Positions 28,480 through 39,766 of a stretch of 64,000 nt of DNA are shown here, piece by piece. Source of the DNA: Candidatus Liptonbacteria bacterium (GTDB taxonomy: Bacteria > Patescibacteriota > Minisyncoccia > UBA6257 > 2-01-FULL-56-20); assembly GCA_016867315.1 (NCBI GenBank), contig VGJV01000003.1, positions 27,429-91,428 of the forward strand, written 5' to 3'. The notes beneath the pieces are model-generated. The model did not search any database. It was not told the DNA's origin and saw only the letters and a list, made by a program, of their open reading frames with translations. A program made the translations under genes and the position numbers. Numbering within the stretch: the first letter of the stretch is position 1; the number at the start of each line of letters is the position of its first letter.

Positions 28480-30354
28480 ATGCCTAAAATAATTGGAATC
28501 GATCTTGGAACCACAAATTCCGCGGTAGCGGTAATGGAGGGGGGAGAACCTCGGATACTCGAGAATGCCGAAGGCAACCGCACCACCCCCTCAGTTGTAG
28601 CGTTAAACAAAGCAGGCGAACGTTTGGTGGGATTGCTTGCCAAGCTTCAGTCGGTTACGAATCCTAAAAACACCATCTTTTCGGTAAAACGCCTTATGGG
28701 ACGTAAGTTTAGTGATGAGCATGTTACGGGAGATCGCAAATGGCTCCCGTACGACGTTCAAAATTCCCAAACGGGAGGAGTAGAAGTAAAGATGGGAGAT
28801 AAATGGTATTCCCCGGAAGAAATTTCTGCATTTATCTTGGCAAAAATAAAAGCGGATGCCGAATCCAAACTTGGCGAGAAGGTGGAGGAAGCCGTCATTA
28901 CGGTACCGGCATATTTCGACGATTCGCAGCGGCAAGCGACCAAAAATGCAGGAGAAATTGCAGGCCTTAAAGTGCGTCGGATTTTAAACGAACCCACGGC
29001 GGCTGCGCTCGCCTATGGGATGAATAAACAAAAAAATGAAAAAATCGTCGTCTATGATTTCGGGGGTGGAACTTTTGATATTTCAGTGCTCGAAGTGGGA
29101 GATGACACTGTAGAAGTTCGGGCCACCGGAGGAGATACGCACCTGGGAGGAGATGATTTTGATAAGCGGCTCATCGAATATCTCGTAAATGAATACAAGA
29201 AAGCCGAAGGCATCGATATCTCGAAAGACCCACTTGCCCTGCAGCGCTTAAAAGAGGCCGCAGAGCGGGCGAAGCACGAACTTTCAACTGCCGCCGCCAC
29301 GGAGGTAAATCTGCCCTACATTACTTCGGATGCTTCGGGCCCCAAACACTTCCTGGTCCAAGTGACCCGGGCGAAACTTGAAGAGCTCGTACGCGATTAT
29401 ATCGAGCGCTCGATTGAGCTTACTCGGGAAACAGTGACGGCGCCTGCTCCCCGCGGTGCAGGCTTTGCCCTCACGGATATCAATGAAGTGATCTTGGTGG
29501 GAGGACAAACGCGTATGCCGGCCATGGTAGAAGCCGTAAAAAAACTCTTTAATAAAGAACCGCACAAAGGAATCAACCCAGACGAAGTAGTAGCGGTAGG
29601 GGCAGCGGTACAAGCCGGGATTCTCCAAGGAGATGTAAAGGATATCCTTCTACTGGACGTAACTCCGCTCACGCTTTCAATCGAAACACTGGGAAGCGTA
29701 GCTACTCCGATGATCCCGAAGAATACCACGGTGCCCACCGCAAAAACCCAAGTATTCTCGACCGCAAGCGACAACCAAACCTCTGTGGAGGTGCATGTGC
29801 TCCAAGGGGAACGGCCGATGGCAGCGGATAATAAAACGCTCGCACGATTTATGCTCGACGGTATTCCTCCGGCTCCCCGGGGAGTGCCGCAAGTGGAAGT
29901 AGTCTTCGACATCGATGCGAATGGGATATTGAATGTGAGTGCGAAAGATAAGGCGAGTGGTAAATCTCAGTCAGTGAAAATCCAGGCTTCCACGAATCTT
30001 TCTCGGGAAGAAATAGAAAAACTGAAGCAAGAGGCTGCCTCGCATGCTGCAGAAGACGCAAAACGTAAAGAATTAGCCGAAGTTAAAAATCAGGCCGAAA
30101 GTACGGTGTATCTCGCCGAGAAGGCTCTGAAGGATGGAGGAGAAAAAGTACCGGCAGACGTGAAAAAAACCGTGGAAGAAAAAGTTGAAGCTTTAAAGAA
30201 GGTAAAAGATGGAGAAGACGCGCAGGCAATAAAGGTGGCGCTAGAAGCCCTTTCTGCCGAAATTCAAAAAATCGGCCAGGCGTTCTATAATAATCCAGGG
30301 AATCAGACTCCTCCTAACCAACAAACTAATGATCCGGGACCTCAGCAGTCCTAA
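28480..30354 (+). CDS. dnaK: chaperone DnaK
   Basis: [37 protein letters not shown]. Confidence 0.99.
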   Translation: MPKIIGIDLGTTNSAVAVMEGGEPRILENAEGNRTTPSVVALNKAGERLVGLLAKLQSVTNPKNTIFSVKRLMGRKFSDEHVTGDRKWLPYDVQNSQTGGVEVKMGDKWYSPEEISAFILAKIKADAESKLGEKVEEAVITVPAYFDDSQRQATKNAGEIAGLKVRRILNEPTAAALAYGMNKQKNEKIVVYDFGGGTFDISVLEVGDDTVEVRATGGDTHLGGDDFDKRLIEYLVNEYKKAEGIDISKDPLALQRLKEAAERAKHELSTAAATEVNLPYITSDASGPKHFLVQVTRAKLEELVRDYIERSIELTRETVTAPAPRGAGFALTDINEVILVGGQTRMPAMVEAVKKLFNKEPHKGINPDEVVAVGAAVQAGILQGDVKDILLLDVTPLTLSIETLGSVATPMIPKNTTVPTAKTQVFSTASDNQTSVEVHVLQGERPMAADNKTLARFMLDGIPPAPRGVPQVEVVFDIDANGILNVSAKDKASGKSQSVKIQASTNLSREEIEKLKQEAASHAAEDAKRKELAEVKNQAESTVYLAEKALKDGGEKVPADVKKTVEEKVEALKKVKDGEDAQAIKVALEALSAEIQKIGQAFYNNPGNQTPPNQQTNDPGPQQS

Positions 30355-31351
30355 ACCAAATGATGCCGGGAACCTGGTGGCACAAGTGCCGCTGGAAACC
30401 GAGGAGCGCTCGAGCGGATTTTACTTCTCCCTCGTATTAGACGTCTTGACCGTAGCCTTCGCATTCTGGACGGGGCTCATGTACCAGAGTTTCCTAACCG
30501 GCGAGGCCTCGCTTGGAGGAGTAGCTGCGGTGGCAACGCTTTTCGGCACATTTTTGGCCGTGGGACTATATCTCACGAGGCACGCAGGGAGGCGAATACT
30601 TGTGATTGTGGGAGTAATCGTAGGACTGTTCCTTTTTACGCTTACGCCGGGAAACGCAGCGTACGTAGGTCTCTCGGCAATACTCACGTTTCTGCTTCTC
30701 CTTTGGGGGGAAGCACTGGCCCGCGCGAGGATCGCGAATTCTTTGGAGGTCCGTTTCACCCATGGAGTACAGCCTCTGCTGTCGAAAGCTACGACTGCGC
30801 TGGTTTTTTCCGGATTAATCCTCTTTATTCCGATATGGACTCCGGCGAAAGCGTTCCTGTCTCCCGCGGAATTCAATTCTTATTATGAAGTTATTGGGGG
30901 CACGCTCCATCGCTTCTACGGAGAAATAAATTTTTCCGGCACATTTGATCAATTCGCAAGCAGTTTGGCTCGTTACGAACTCTTAGGGAATGCGGATTTC
31001 AAGCGTCTCCCGCCGAGCAGGCAAGCGGCAGTAACAGAAGAAGTAACTGTGAAAGTAAAAGAAAATCTTGGAAAAACATTGGAAGTCAAAGTTGAAGAGG
31101 GCAAGAAATCTATGGGCGCAATATTCTATAAACTTTCTATGCGTACCCTCGGAGATCTGCAAGGGAAATTCGGAACTTGGTTTCTTGTAGGCTGGGCTAT
31201 TCTTTTATTTGCCATAATCCGCGGAGTAGGAGTGTTCCTATATTGGATTGCCGGTTTGCTAGGCCTTCTTATGTTTCACATTCTCCTTTTGTTAGGAATA
31301 ACGCGACTAAGAGGGGAAACGCGCACGCAGCAAGTGGCAGAATATATTTAA
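30329..31351 (+). CDS. hypothetical multi-pass membrane protein between dnaK and dnaJ
   Basis: 340-aa ORF with several hydrophobic helices; start uncertain. Confidence 0.7.
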   Translation: MIRDLSSPKPNDAGNLVAQVPLETEERSSGFYFSLVLDVLTVAFAFWTGLMYQSFLTGEASLGGVAAVATLFGTFLAVGLYLTRHAGRRILVIVGVIVGLFLFTLTPGNAAYVGLSAILTFLLLLWGEALARARIANSLEVRFTHGVQPLLSKATTALVFSGLILFIPIWTPAKAFLSPAEFNSYYEVIGGTLHRFYGEINFSGTFDQFASSLARYELLGNADFKRLPPSRQAAVTEEVTVKVKENLGKTLEVKVEEGKKSMGAIFYKLSMRTLGDLQGKFGTWFLVGWAILLFAIIRGVGVFLYWIAGLLGLLMFHILLLLGITRLRGETRTQQVAEYI

Positions 31352-31421
31352 TCAAAATCTAATAACTAATGACAGAGACCACATCTTGTTATACGTTATA
31401 AGTCATTAGTTAAGTATTCTT

Positions 31422-32492
31422 ATGAAGGATTACTACAAAATATTAGGAGTGGAACGCGGAGCGACGGAGGAAGAAATTAAAAAGGCATATAGAAAATTAG
31501 CGCACCAGCATCACCCTGACAAAAGCGGTGGAAATGAAACCAAATTCAAAGAAATAAACGAGGCGTATCAAGTGCTCTCGGACAAGAAAAAGAGAGAGAC
31601 GTATGATCGTTTTGGTACCGCGGAGCCCGGAGGATTCGGTGCCGGCGGTTTTTCATGGGATGGATTTGGTTTCGATTCGCAGGGAATGGGAGATATGGGG
31701 AATTTAGGTGATATTTTCGAAGATCTTTTTGAAAATCTTGGAGTACGTCCTCGTCGACGTTCCTATGCTCATGGATCTGATTTGGAAGTCAAAGAAGAAA
31801 TCACGTTAGAAGAAGCGCTTCGAGGAAAAGCGAAACACATAGAATTTAAAACGCTCGGGAAATGTGAAACCTGCAAAGGCCAAGGGGCGGATGCGGAAGC
31901 CGGATTTTCTCAGTGTGCGGCATGCGGAGGCCAAGGAGAAATTCGAATGGATAGAAGGACGTTCTTCGGAAGTTTTTCGCAGGTAAAGGCCTGCGAGAAG
32001 TGTCACGGCATGGGCCAAATCCCCAAAAAAGTTTGCAAAGTATGCAATGGCAATGGACGAATCTCCATTACAAGAGAAGTAGATGTAGAAATTCTTCCGG
32101 GCATCGAAGATAATCAGCTCATTCAGGTAAAAGGCATGGGGGAAGCGGGAGAGCGCGGAAGTGCCGCGGGAGACCTTTATGTACGCGTGCGCATTAAGCC
32201 GCACTCGGCGTTTGAACGCCGCGGCGACGACTTGATCGTAAAAAAAGAGTTGAAACTCAAAGATGTCCTTCTCGGTAATAAAGTGGAAGTGAAAACATTA
32301 GCGGGCGGGACCCTTCATGTGGAAATTCCACCGCACTTTAATTTAAAAGATCTTTTGAGGATTCCGGGAGAAGGAATGCCCCGGTTCGGCTCTTCGAGAA
32401 GGGGAGACCTCCTTGTGGATTTCATATTAAAAGCTCCGGCCCGCCTGAACCCTAAAGATAAAAAGGCGTTCGAGGATCTGCTTAAGGATTAA
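31422..32492 (+). CDS. dnaJ: chaperone DnaJ
   Basis: HPD J-domain, four CxxCxGxG repeats. Confidence 0.97.
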   Translation: MKDYYKILGVERGATEEEIKKAYRKLAHQHHPDKSGGNETKFKEINEAYQVLSDKKKRETYDRFGTAEPGGFGAGGFSWDGFGFDSQGMGDMGNLGDIFEDLFENLGVRPRRRSYAHGSDLEVKEEITLEEALRGKAKHIEFKTLGKCETCKGQGADAEAGFSQCAACGGQGEIRMDRRTFFGSFSQVKACEKCHGMGQIPKKVCKVCNGNGRISITREVDVEILPGIEDNQLIQVKGMGEAGERGSAAGDLYVRVRIKPHSAFERRGDDLIVKKELKLKDVLLGNKVEVKTLAGGTLHVEIPPHFNLKDLLRIPGEGMPRFGSSRRGDLLVDFILKAPARLNPKDKKAFEDLLKD

Positions 32493-32495
32493 AAT

Positions 32496-32569
32496 TGGTG
32501 CCCCCACTTGGAATCGGACCAAGGTCAACTGCTTAAAAGGCAGCTGCTTTACCACTAAGCTATGGGGGC
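32496..32569 (-). tRNA. tRNA-Lys(TTT)
   Basis: Cloverleaf GCCCCCA/TGGGGGC, anticodon loop CTTTTAA, encoded CCA; T-loop TCCGATT is slightly non-canonical. Confidence 0.9.
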
Positions 32570-32577
32570 ATTCCCCG

Positions 32578-32860
32578 TCCACCCACCAGGACTTGAACCT
32601 GGAACCATCTCCTGGCGAAACGATGTTTCGCCAATTGGTTCGTTCGGCAAAAATAATTTTTGTACTTTCGCCTCACTATCAATTGTAAGAGGATAGTTGC
32701 TCCTTGTCCCGTAGATATCTTATGTTGGATTCCCTTTGTCCACCCACCAGGACTTGAACCTGGAACCATCTCCTTAAGAGGGAGTTGCTCTGCCAATTGA
32801 GCTATGGGTGGACAAAGGGAATCAAGATATTGTACGGGATGCCAATTGAGCTATGGGTGG
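32578..32860 (-). pseudogene. fragmented outer tRNA-Lys(CTT) enclosing the intact copy
   Basis: Segments 32840-32860 (5' 21 nt), 32686-32702 (D/anticodon arm, one indel) and 32578-32613 (3' part) match the inner tRNA in order. Confidence 0.7.
32739..32811 (-). tRNA. tRNA-Lys(CTT), intact inner copy
   Basis: CCACCCA/TGGGTGG acceptor, anticodon loop CTCTTAA, T-loop TTCAAGT; CCA not encoded. Confidence 0.92.
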
Positions 32861-32979
32861 AAACTGAGCGAAAAAATAATAACAAAATTATAGATTTTGT
32901 AAAAGGCATTTTGAGATAAGGAGGGCTTTTTAAAGCCTTCCCATTTGAAAATATATTTGCTAAACTCTCCCTTAATCAC

Positions 32980-34209
32980 ATGCGACGTCCAGGACTGACT
33001 CTTTCTCTGATTGTCCTTCTCGCAATTATTGCGGGAATCTTCGTATATCCCAAAGGCTTGGGCGAAAAATGGCGCCCATGGAGGTTGGGACTCGACCTCG
33101 TGGGGGGCAGCCATCTTATTTATGGGATTGATTTGAAGGATGTGCAGCAAAAAGACCGCGAAACAGTCGTAAATGGACTTCGAGATGTTATCGAGCGGCG
33201 TGTAAACCTTTTTGGTGTGGGTGAACCGCAAGTATTTGTAGCTTCCGAAGGCGGCCAGAGTCAACTTATCGTAGAACTCGCCGGAGTAAAGGAAATTAGC
33301 GAAGCCATCAAGCAAATCGGGGAAACGCCCTTTTTGGATTTCCGAGAGGTGGAACAGAATGGCACAAGTACCGAATTTATAATGACAAACCTCACGGGCC
33401 GGTACGTGAGGGGTGCCGAACTCACGCTCGATCCCAACATGAATGCGCCGCAGGTAGCTATCACTTTCAATGACGAGGGCGCGCAAATTTTTGAGAAGCT
33501 CACCGAAGCCAATGTGGGGAAGCCGGTGGCAATATTTTTGGATAATACTTTGATCGAAATGCCTACCGTGCAACAAAAGATTTCCGGAGGCAACGCAGTG
33601 ATCACTGGCCGATTCACCATTCAGGAAGCGCAGAAACTTGTCGAAAGATTCAATGCGGGAGCATTGCCTGCGCCGATTACGCTTATCAATCAACAAACAA
33701 TCAGCCCGAATCTCGGAAGCGATTCTTTAAAAAAGGTTATTTTCGCCGGGGCCATAGGCACATTCCTCGTCATGCTTTTTATGATCTTCTACTATCGCAC
33801 GCTCGGAATTTTTGCCTCGCTCTCCCTTTTGATTTACATCACACTCACGCTCGCAGTCTTCAAGTTGGTGCCAATCACGCTCACACTCGCTGGGTTGGCT
33901 GGGTTCATACTCACGATAGGAATGGCGGTAGACGCGAACATTTTAATTTTTGAGCGGATGAAAGAAGAAATACAGCGAGGACTTACAAAGGCGGCGTCGC
34001 GCACCGAAGGATTTCGCCGTGCTTGGCCTTCCATTCGGGATTCCAATACCTCGACGATTCTTACTGCGATCATTCTTTACTTCTTTACTTCGAGTTTTGT
34101 GCAGGGATTTGCGCTTACGCTCCTCATCGGAACTCTGGTAAGTATGTTCTCGGCAATCACCACCACCCGTTACTTCCTCCAAGTGTTTTTAAAAGAGCGC
34201 GCAAGATGA
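32980..34209 (+). CDS. secD: protein translocase subunit SecD
   Basis: LGLDLVGG, GALP, IGMAVDANILIFER, DSN. Confidence 0.96.
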   Translation: MRRPGLTLSLIVLLAIIAGIFVYPKGLGEKWRPWRLGLDLVGGSHLIYGIDLKDVQQKDRETVVNGLRDVIERRVNLFGVGEPQVFVASEGGQSQLIVELAGVKEISEAIKQIGETPFLDFREVEQNGTSTEFIMTNLTGRYVRGAELTLDPNMNAPQVAITFNDEGAQIFEKLTEANVGKPVAIFLDNTLIEMPTVQQKISGGNAVITGRFTIQEAQKLVERFNAGALPAPITLINQQTISPNLGSDSLKKVIFAGAIGTFLVMLFMIFYYRTLGIFASLSLLIYITLTLAVFKLVPITLTLAGLAGFILTIGMAVDANILIFERMKEEIQRGLTKAASRTEGFRRAWPSIRDSNTSTILTAIILYFFTSSFVQGFALTLLIGTLVSMFSAITTTRYFLQVFLKERAR

Positions 34210-34245
34210 TTCTACTTTCTACTTTTTAATTTCTATTTTCTAAAA

Positions 34246-35136
34246 ATGTTGAACGTCATCGGCCGTAAAAATATCTACTTCGCGGTCTCCGCCATTCTCA
34301 TAGTGGCGTCAGTGGTGGCAATCGGCCTATACGGTTTCAAGCAGGGAATCGATTTTCGGGGCGGGACGCTCTGGCAGCTCGCGGTTAAAGAAAATGCCCC
34401 GACTCCCACGGCACTCCAAAACGCTATTGTAGAAATGACTTCAGCAGATGTGCGCGTAAATCAGACAGAGCAGGGAGGTTTTCTCGTGCGATTGCCTGTG
34501 TTAGACGAAACTAACCACCAATCCTATCTCGAAGCCCTGAAGAAAAAGTATCCGTCACTCGAGGAACTTAGTTTTTCTTCGATTGGTCCATCTGTGGGAG
34601 CAGAACTTCGTCGCAAAGCGATAATGGCTATTATATTGGTTCTTCTAGGCATCTCGCTCTACATCGCATACGCCTTCCGGAAAGCTTCTTATCCGGTAAG
34701 TTCTTGGAAATATGGATGGGTAACACTCGTGACTCTTTTCCATGATGTAATAATTCCAGCCGGTTTACTCGCGTATCTTGGTCACACCCAGGGAGTGGAA
34801 ATAGACGGGAACTTCGTAGTTGCCCTCCTCGTAGTGATGGGATTCTCGGTGCATGACACGATCGTAGTATTCGACCGCATTCGAGAGAATGTGGTACTCC
34901 GAGGTCACAAAGAGCGCTTTGAAACAGTGGTAAACGACAGTATCAATCAAACCCTAGCTCGTTCCGTAAATACTTCGCTTACGCTTATTCTCGTGCTCAT
35001 TGCGCTCTACTTCATGGGCCCCGAAACACTCCGCTTCTTCGTTCTTACTCTGCTCATAGGGGTATCTGCAGGAATCTACTCGTCCATATTCATCGCGAGC
35101 CCCCTCCTGGTGGTTTTCAAAGGAAAAAGGGCCTAA
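34246..35136 (+). CDS. secF: protein translocase subunit SecF
   Basis: GIDFRGG, GFSVHDTIVVFDRIRE, YSSIFIA. Confidence 0.96.
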   Translation: MLNVIGRKNIYFAVSAILIVASVVAIGLYGFKQGIDFRGGTLWQLAVKENAPTPTALQNAIVEMTSADVRVNQTEQGGFLVRLPVLDETNHQSYLEALKKKYPSLEELSFSSIGPSVGAELRRKAIMAIILVLLGISLYIAYAFRKASYPVSSWKYGWVTLVTLFHDVIIPAGLLAYLGHTQGVEIDGNFVVALLVVMGFSVHDTIVVFDRIRENVVLRGHKERFETVVNDSINQTLARSVNTSLTLILVLIALYFMGPETLRFFVLTLLIGVSAGIYSSIFIASPLLVVFKGKRA

Positions 35137-35186
35137 AAATGGGGTTGACTCTATAGGGGGGTATATTGTATGATGGGTCCACAACT

Positions 35187-36215
35187 ATGGAACGGAATCC
35201 CAAAGAATTAAATGAAATCTTGGCCACTCTTACGCCTCGACAGCGAGAGGTAATTGTGCGCCGATTTGGCCTTGGTAAATCTGAAGGTGAAACCCTTGCG
35301 GAAATAGGGGTGCGCTTTGGCATTACACGCGAACGAGTTCGCCAAATTGAGGCTTCTGCAATGAAACTTCTAAGGGAAAAAATCGAAGCGCATCCTACCC
35401 TGGGAAACTTCGTCGCTCAAACCTGCTCGTTCCTTAAGTCTCGCGGGGGAGTAGTGCCGGCACAAGCGTTCATTGAAGAAGCCGCTTCACGTTTTCCTGG
35501 TATTGAAGCTTCGCATGTCGCGCTTCTCGCGGATGCAACCAAAGCTTTTTCTTTTTATCCCGGGGATCGGCACTTCCATTCGCTCTACTATCTTTCGAAA
35601 AACGACTTGAAAGAAGCAAAAAGTTTTGTGGACTCGTGGGAAAAGCACTTGAGCGACAAGAAGGAATCGGTATTGGGAGGAGCTTACGACGCACACTTGG
35701 GCAAATTTGTAGAAGAAAAGAAGCTGCCTTCTGCGCACGTAGAAAGCTACCTTACCGCTTCAAAAAAGATTCATGAGAATCCTTATGGAGATGTCGGACT
35801 CGCGGCATGGGCAGAAATCAAACCTCAAACCATCCGGGATCGAATTTATCTGGTGCTAAAGAAAGAGGGGAAGCCTTCGCACTTCCGGGATATTGCCGAA
35901 AAAATTACGGCCGCTGGGTTTGATTCGCGTCCTGCGCTCGCGGCAACCGTGCACAATGAACTTATTAAGGATCCCCGTTTTGTCTTGGTGGGCCGCGGAA
36001 TGTACGCCCTGAAAGAACATGGCTATGAAACCGGTACCGCACGAGAAATAATCCGCAAAATCTTGGCAGAGCAGGGAGCTATGCACCCTAAAGAAGTAAT
36101 CCTCGCCGCCCAAAAGAATTGGTTCTTCAAACCGAATACTATCCTTGTGAATCTCCAGAATCGCTCTCACTTCGAGCGATTGCCGGACGGGCGGTATAAG
36201 GTGCTTGAAAACTAA
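35187..36215 (+). CDS. sigma70 region-4 HTH protein with C-terminal winged-HTH (RNAP delta/HARE-like) domains
   Basis: RRFGL...TLAEIG..FGITRERVRQIE; TVHNELIKDPRFVLVGRG; no sigma region 2. Confidence 0.75.
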   Translation: MERNPKELNEILATLTPRQREVIVRRFGLGKSEGETLAEIGVRFGITRERVRQIEASAMKLLREKIEAHPTLGNFVAQTCSFLKSRGGVVPAQAFIEEAASRFPGIEASHVALLADATKAFSFYPGDRHFHSLYYLSKNDLKEAKSFVDSWEKHLSDKKESVLGGAYDAHLGKFVEEKKLPSAHVESYLTASKKIHENPYGDVGLAAWAEIKPQTIRDRIYLVLKKEGKPSHFRDIAEKITAAGFDSRPALAATVHNELIKDPRFVLVGRGMYALKEHGYETGTAREIIRKILAEQGAMHPKEVILAAQKNWFFKPNTILVNLQNRSHFERLPDGRYKVLEN

Positions 36216-36237
36216 GACGAGAAAATAGCAAGTGCGA

Positions 36238-36271
36238 CCCCCGCCCATGGTATACATCGGCGGGGGTTGTT
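36238..36271 (+). terminator. probable terminator hairpin
   Basis: cccccgcc...ggcggggg followed by ttgtt. Confidence 0.5.
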
Positions 36272-36286
36272 CTATAATAAAGAAGC

Positions 36287-37642
36287 ATGGGTTTCGATCT
36301 CGGCGGAATTATCATTGAATTTTTAGACCTCACCAAATGGTTCTGGGTCTTTTTTATTCTATGGCCGCTCTTTAAGTCCACTTGGATCGGGTGGAGGCAG
36401 TTTGAATATGAGCATTCAAGCCAGTTCCGGCAAAATATGTTCGAGATCCGAATTCCTCGAGAAATCCGTAAGAGTCCTCGCGCGATGGAACAGGTACTTA
36501 TGGCACTTCATTCGTTGCGAAATGTAGCCGGAGACTTCGAGGAAATTTGGAAAGACGGAGAAATCACCAAATGGTTTACGCTCGAGATTTGCAGCTTCGG
36601 AGGAGAAATTCGTTTTTTTATTCGGTATTATTACAAGCAAAGGCCCCTCGTGGAGGCTGCGTTCTTCTCATATTATCCGGACGTTGAGCTTGTAGAGGTT
36701 GATGATTATATGGAAGATCTGCCGAAAGATATGGATGAGGTGTATGCCAAGGGATTGAGCATTTGGGGAGCAGAAATGGTGTTAAGAAAAGAGGAAGCAT
36801 ACCCTATTCGCACCTACCCTTTATTTGAAGCTCCAGATGAAGAACGGCAATATGATCCGATCTCTCTTACTCTTGAAGTACTAGGAAAAGCTAAAAAAGA
36901 AGAATTTATAGGCGTACAATTTTTGATTTCTCCCGCTTCAGATTGCTGGCAGGATGAATGGAAAGGACTCGTAGAACATCTCAAAGAACAAAGCGGCAAA
37001 AAACAAGGCGCCGCCGCGAAACCTAAAACCAAAACCGAATTCCCAGGAGGAATACTTCCCGCATTTCACGTGGAAAGCCCCAAAGAAGACCCGCTGGCTT
37101 CGCTTCGAGTCACACGGACTCCCGGAGAAACAAATGTTCTTGAGGCTATGGAAAATAATCTCTCCAAGCCCGCGTTTGAGACTGTAGCTCGTTTTATATA
37201 TCTTTCACCCTCGCCTCTTTTCTACGATTCCTTTGCCCGCCGTGGTATCGCAGGAATGTTCAATCAATACGCCGCGCAAGACCTGAATTCCTTCAAAAGA
37301 AATGACGAGGTAAGTACCCGTGTTCGGCCTTGGAATTGGCCTCATGTATTCTGGAATATCCGTGCGGAATATCGTAAGTCGGGATTACTATGGCAGTATA
37401 GACATCGACTAATGCCATTCCATACTTTTATGGCGAAACTCATCACTTCCCATTGGTTTTATTGGAATTTCAATTCAAAGACCATTACGCTAAATGTAGA
37501 AGCGATCGCAACACTTTTTCATCCGCCCACTTTTCTCGTGCTTACTGCGCCGCATATTAGACGCGTCGAAAGCCGCAAGACTGGCCCCCCTGCGGGACTT
37601 GCCATATACGGAAACGAAAAAGACATCGAACGATTTCAATGA
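36287..37642 (+). CDS. membrane-anchored hypothetical protein of the type usually paired with VirD4-like ATPases in CPR
   Basis: N-terminal TM; FTLEI, YPDVEL, YPIRTY, EAIATLFHPP motifs. Confidence 0.65.
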   Translation: MGFDLGGIIIEFLDLTKWFWVFFILWPLFKSTWIGWRQFEYEHSSQFRQNMFEIRIPREIRKSPRAMEQVLMALHSLRNVAGDFEEIWKDGEITKWFTLEICSFGGEIRFFIRYYYKQRPLVEAAFFSYYPDVELVEVDDYMEDLPKDMDEVYAKGLSIWGAEMVLRKEEAYPIRTYPLFEAPDEERQYDPISLTLEVLGKAKKEEFIGVQFLISPASDCWQDEWKGLVEHLKEQSGKKQGAAAKPKTKTEFPGGILPAFHVESPKEDPLASLRVTRTPGETNVLEAMENNLSKPAFETVARFIYLSPSPLFYDSFARRGIAGMFNQYAAQDLNSFKRNDEVSTRVRPWNWPHVFWNIRAEYRKSGLLWQYRHRLMPFHTFMAKLITSHWFYWNFNSKTITLNVEAIATLFHPPTFLVLTAPHIRRVESRKTGPPAGLAIYGNEKDIERFQ

Positions 37643-37678
37643 CGTCATTAGTTATAAATCATCAGGTATAGTTTCGTT

Positions 37679-38194
37679 ATGTCTACCTCCACTCCATTAC
37701 TCACGTCTGCAGACTTTTGGCTTTCGGTGCATACCGTTTTGGCCTGGATTTTTCTTGTGCTCGATCTCGCTCTTTTAGTGGGTTTCGTATATGCATTTAG
37801 AAAAATAATCAAATTTCGCCCGCACGAACTTAAACCTGGCGAACGTCACCCCACAGGAATGGCCTCTCCTCAAATAACGGTATTCCGCGAACGCTGGGAG
37901 GCAGTCATGCGGCGTTTCGATCTAAATTCTCCCGAAGCCATGCGATTTTCCATCCTCGAAGCTGATATCCTCGTAGACGCCATTCTTAAAGATTCCGGCT
38001 TAGAGGGAGAAAATTTAGCAGACCGCTTAGCCAAAGTAACCCCGGAAAGCATTCAAAGTCTAAATCAGCTTTGGAAATCTCATCGGCTGAGAAATAAACT
38101 TGCAGAAACAAGTGAGTATGAGTTGTCTGCCGAAGAGGCGCAATCTGCCATTCAAGGGTATGAAGCCTTCCTTAAGGAAATAAAAATACTTTAA
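37679..38194 (+). CDS. membrane-anchored hypothetical protein
   Basis: N-terminal TM; ILEAD..D..L...G..GE.LADRL..HRLRN helical domain. Confidence 0.7.
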   Translation: MSTSTPLLTSADFWLSVHTVLAWIFLVLDLALLVGFVYAFRKIIKFRPHELKPGERHPTGMASPQITVFRERWEAVMRRFDLNSPEAMRFSILEADILVDAILKDSGLEGENLADRLAKVTPESIQSLNQLWKSHRLRNKLAETSEYELSAEEAQSAIQGYEAFLKEIKIL

Positions 38195-38238
38195 CTAAAC
38201 CGTCATTTGTTATAAGTTATTAGTCATACGCCAATTCG

Positions 38239-39705
38239 ATGCCAAGACCCGGGAAAGTCCAAATAATTAAATATGCGCCTCCGCCCCCGGAGCTGCCCAT
38301 ATTCGGACAGGTAGACCCTAAAGAATGTTCTTTCATCGGTCGCACGAACTATGTTGCGGCTCTTGAAGAAAAGAAATTCATTTTCGGTATTAAGCGGAAA
38401 GATCGCCGTCGACACCTCTACATAGTAGGGAAGAGCGGCGTGGGCAAAACCAAGCTCTTAGAGCTCATGATCCGACAGGATATCGCCTATGGTCATGGGC
38501 TCTGCCTTATTGACCCACACGGCGACGTCGTAGACGCTACGATCGATTTCGTTCCGGAAAATCGTATCGAAGATGTGGTAATTATTGATCCGACGGACTT
38601 TGAATATCCGGCTTCCTTCAACCCGCTTTCGAACGTCGACCCTAATTTTAAGCATCAACTTACGCAGGGGCTAATTGAAGTATTGGAAAAGCAATTCGGT
38701 GCGAACTGGACGCCCCGGCTCGAGCACGTGTTCCGTTTCACCTGCTTGGCGCTTTTGGATTATCCTCATGCCACAATGCGCGGCATGATTTCAATGCTCA
38801 CCGATCGGAACTACCGGCAAAAAGTGGTGGAATACATCGAGGACGACATGGTAAAGCGCTTCTGGGCAATTGAATTCGCCGACTGGTCGGAGAAATTCGA
38901 TACAGATGCCATTATTCCACTCGTAAACAAGCTTGGGCAATTCCTTTCAGATCCCATGCTCCGAAACATTTTCGGACAGAAGGAAAATAAAATTAGTTTG
39001 GAACAGCTCATTAATAATAAAAAGATTATTCTCATCAATCTCTCGAAGGGGAGGTTGGGCGAAGAAAATTCGAGCTTCTTTGGTTCTATGTTTATTACAA
39101 AAATCAAACAAGCCGGTATGGCCCGTGCCGGAATGCCCGAAAAAGACCGGCACGATTTCTATCTTTATGTGGACGAGTTCCAAAACGTAGTTACGGAAAC
39201 ATTCGAAAACATCCTCTCCGAGGCTCGCAAATACGGGCTGAACCTCACGGTGGCGCACCAATATATGGGTCAACTCATTCCTAAGGTGCAAGCCGCCGTG
39301 CTGGGAAATGTCGGGAGCATTGTAATTTTCCGGGTGGGCGGTGATGATGCAGTCGCCTTAAAACCTGAAATGGCACCGGTATTCGACGTGAAAGATATGA
39401 TCAACTTAGGAGTTCGAGAGTTTTACATCAAAATGACGATAGATGGAGAGTCGTACGATCCCTTCTCTGCCGAAACGCTCGCGGTGCTTCCCGCTCCGCA
39501 TCGCTCTTTCCGAAAAGAAATAATCGCGGCCTCTCGCCGCAAGTTCGCAATCTCCGCAGATGCTGCGAAGAAACTCATCGCTGAAGAAGAATCCACTATT
39601 CTCCGCAGCGCACAAGAAAAAGCCATCATCGAAGGCAAATCCAAAGGCTCGGGAGGGGGTGCCCCCGCAGCTGAAAGCGAGAAAGTAGCCGAGCCCCTCA
39701 TTTGA
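38239..39705 (+). CDS. VirD4/TraG/TrwB (HerA-FtsK superfamily) ATPase
   Basis: DRRRHLYIVGKSGVGKT, IDPHGD, LYVDEFQN, SEARKY, AHQ. Confidence 0.9.
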   Translation: MPRPGKVQIIKYAPPPPELPIFGQVDPKECSFIGRTNYVAALEEKKFIFGIKRKDRRRHLYIVGKSGVGKTKLLELMIRQDIAYGHGLCLIDPHGDVVDATIDFVPENRIEDVVIIDPTDFEYPASFNPLSNVDPNFKHQLTQGLIEVLEKQFGANWTPRLEHVFRFTCLALLDYPHATMRGMISMLTDRNYRQKVVEYIEDDMVKRFWAIEFADWSEKFDTDAIIPLVNKLGQFLSDPMLRNIFGQKENKISLEQLINNKKIILINLSKGRLGEENSSFFGSMFITKIKQAGMARAGMPEKDRHDFYLYVDEFQNVVTETFENILSEARKYGLNLTVAHQYMGQLIPKVQAAVLGNVGSIVIFRVGGDDAVALKPEMAPVFDVKDMINLGVREFYIKMTIDGESYDPFSAETLAVLPAPHRSFRKEIIAASRRKFAISADAAKKLIAEEESTILRSAQEKAIIEGKSKGSGGGAPAAESEKVAEPLI

Positions 39706-39766
39706 AACCGGGATAGAATTGCGAATTATTCACAATTCCAAATTCCATATTCTAAATTCCTGAGTG

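Noticed and set aside
32578-32613. Prophage or island att site at tRNA-Lys
   Set aside because: 5', middle and 3' parts are all duplicated within 283 nt and no integrase or cargo is present
32851-33696. 281-aa minus-strand ORF and similar long antisense ORFs (26598, 41478, 42643)
   Set aside because: Shadow frames opposite well-supported genes, with no recognisable motifs
35187-36215. Bona fide sigma factor
   Set aside because: Only a region-4 HTH is present; region 2 is absent
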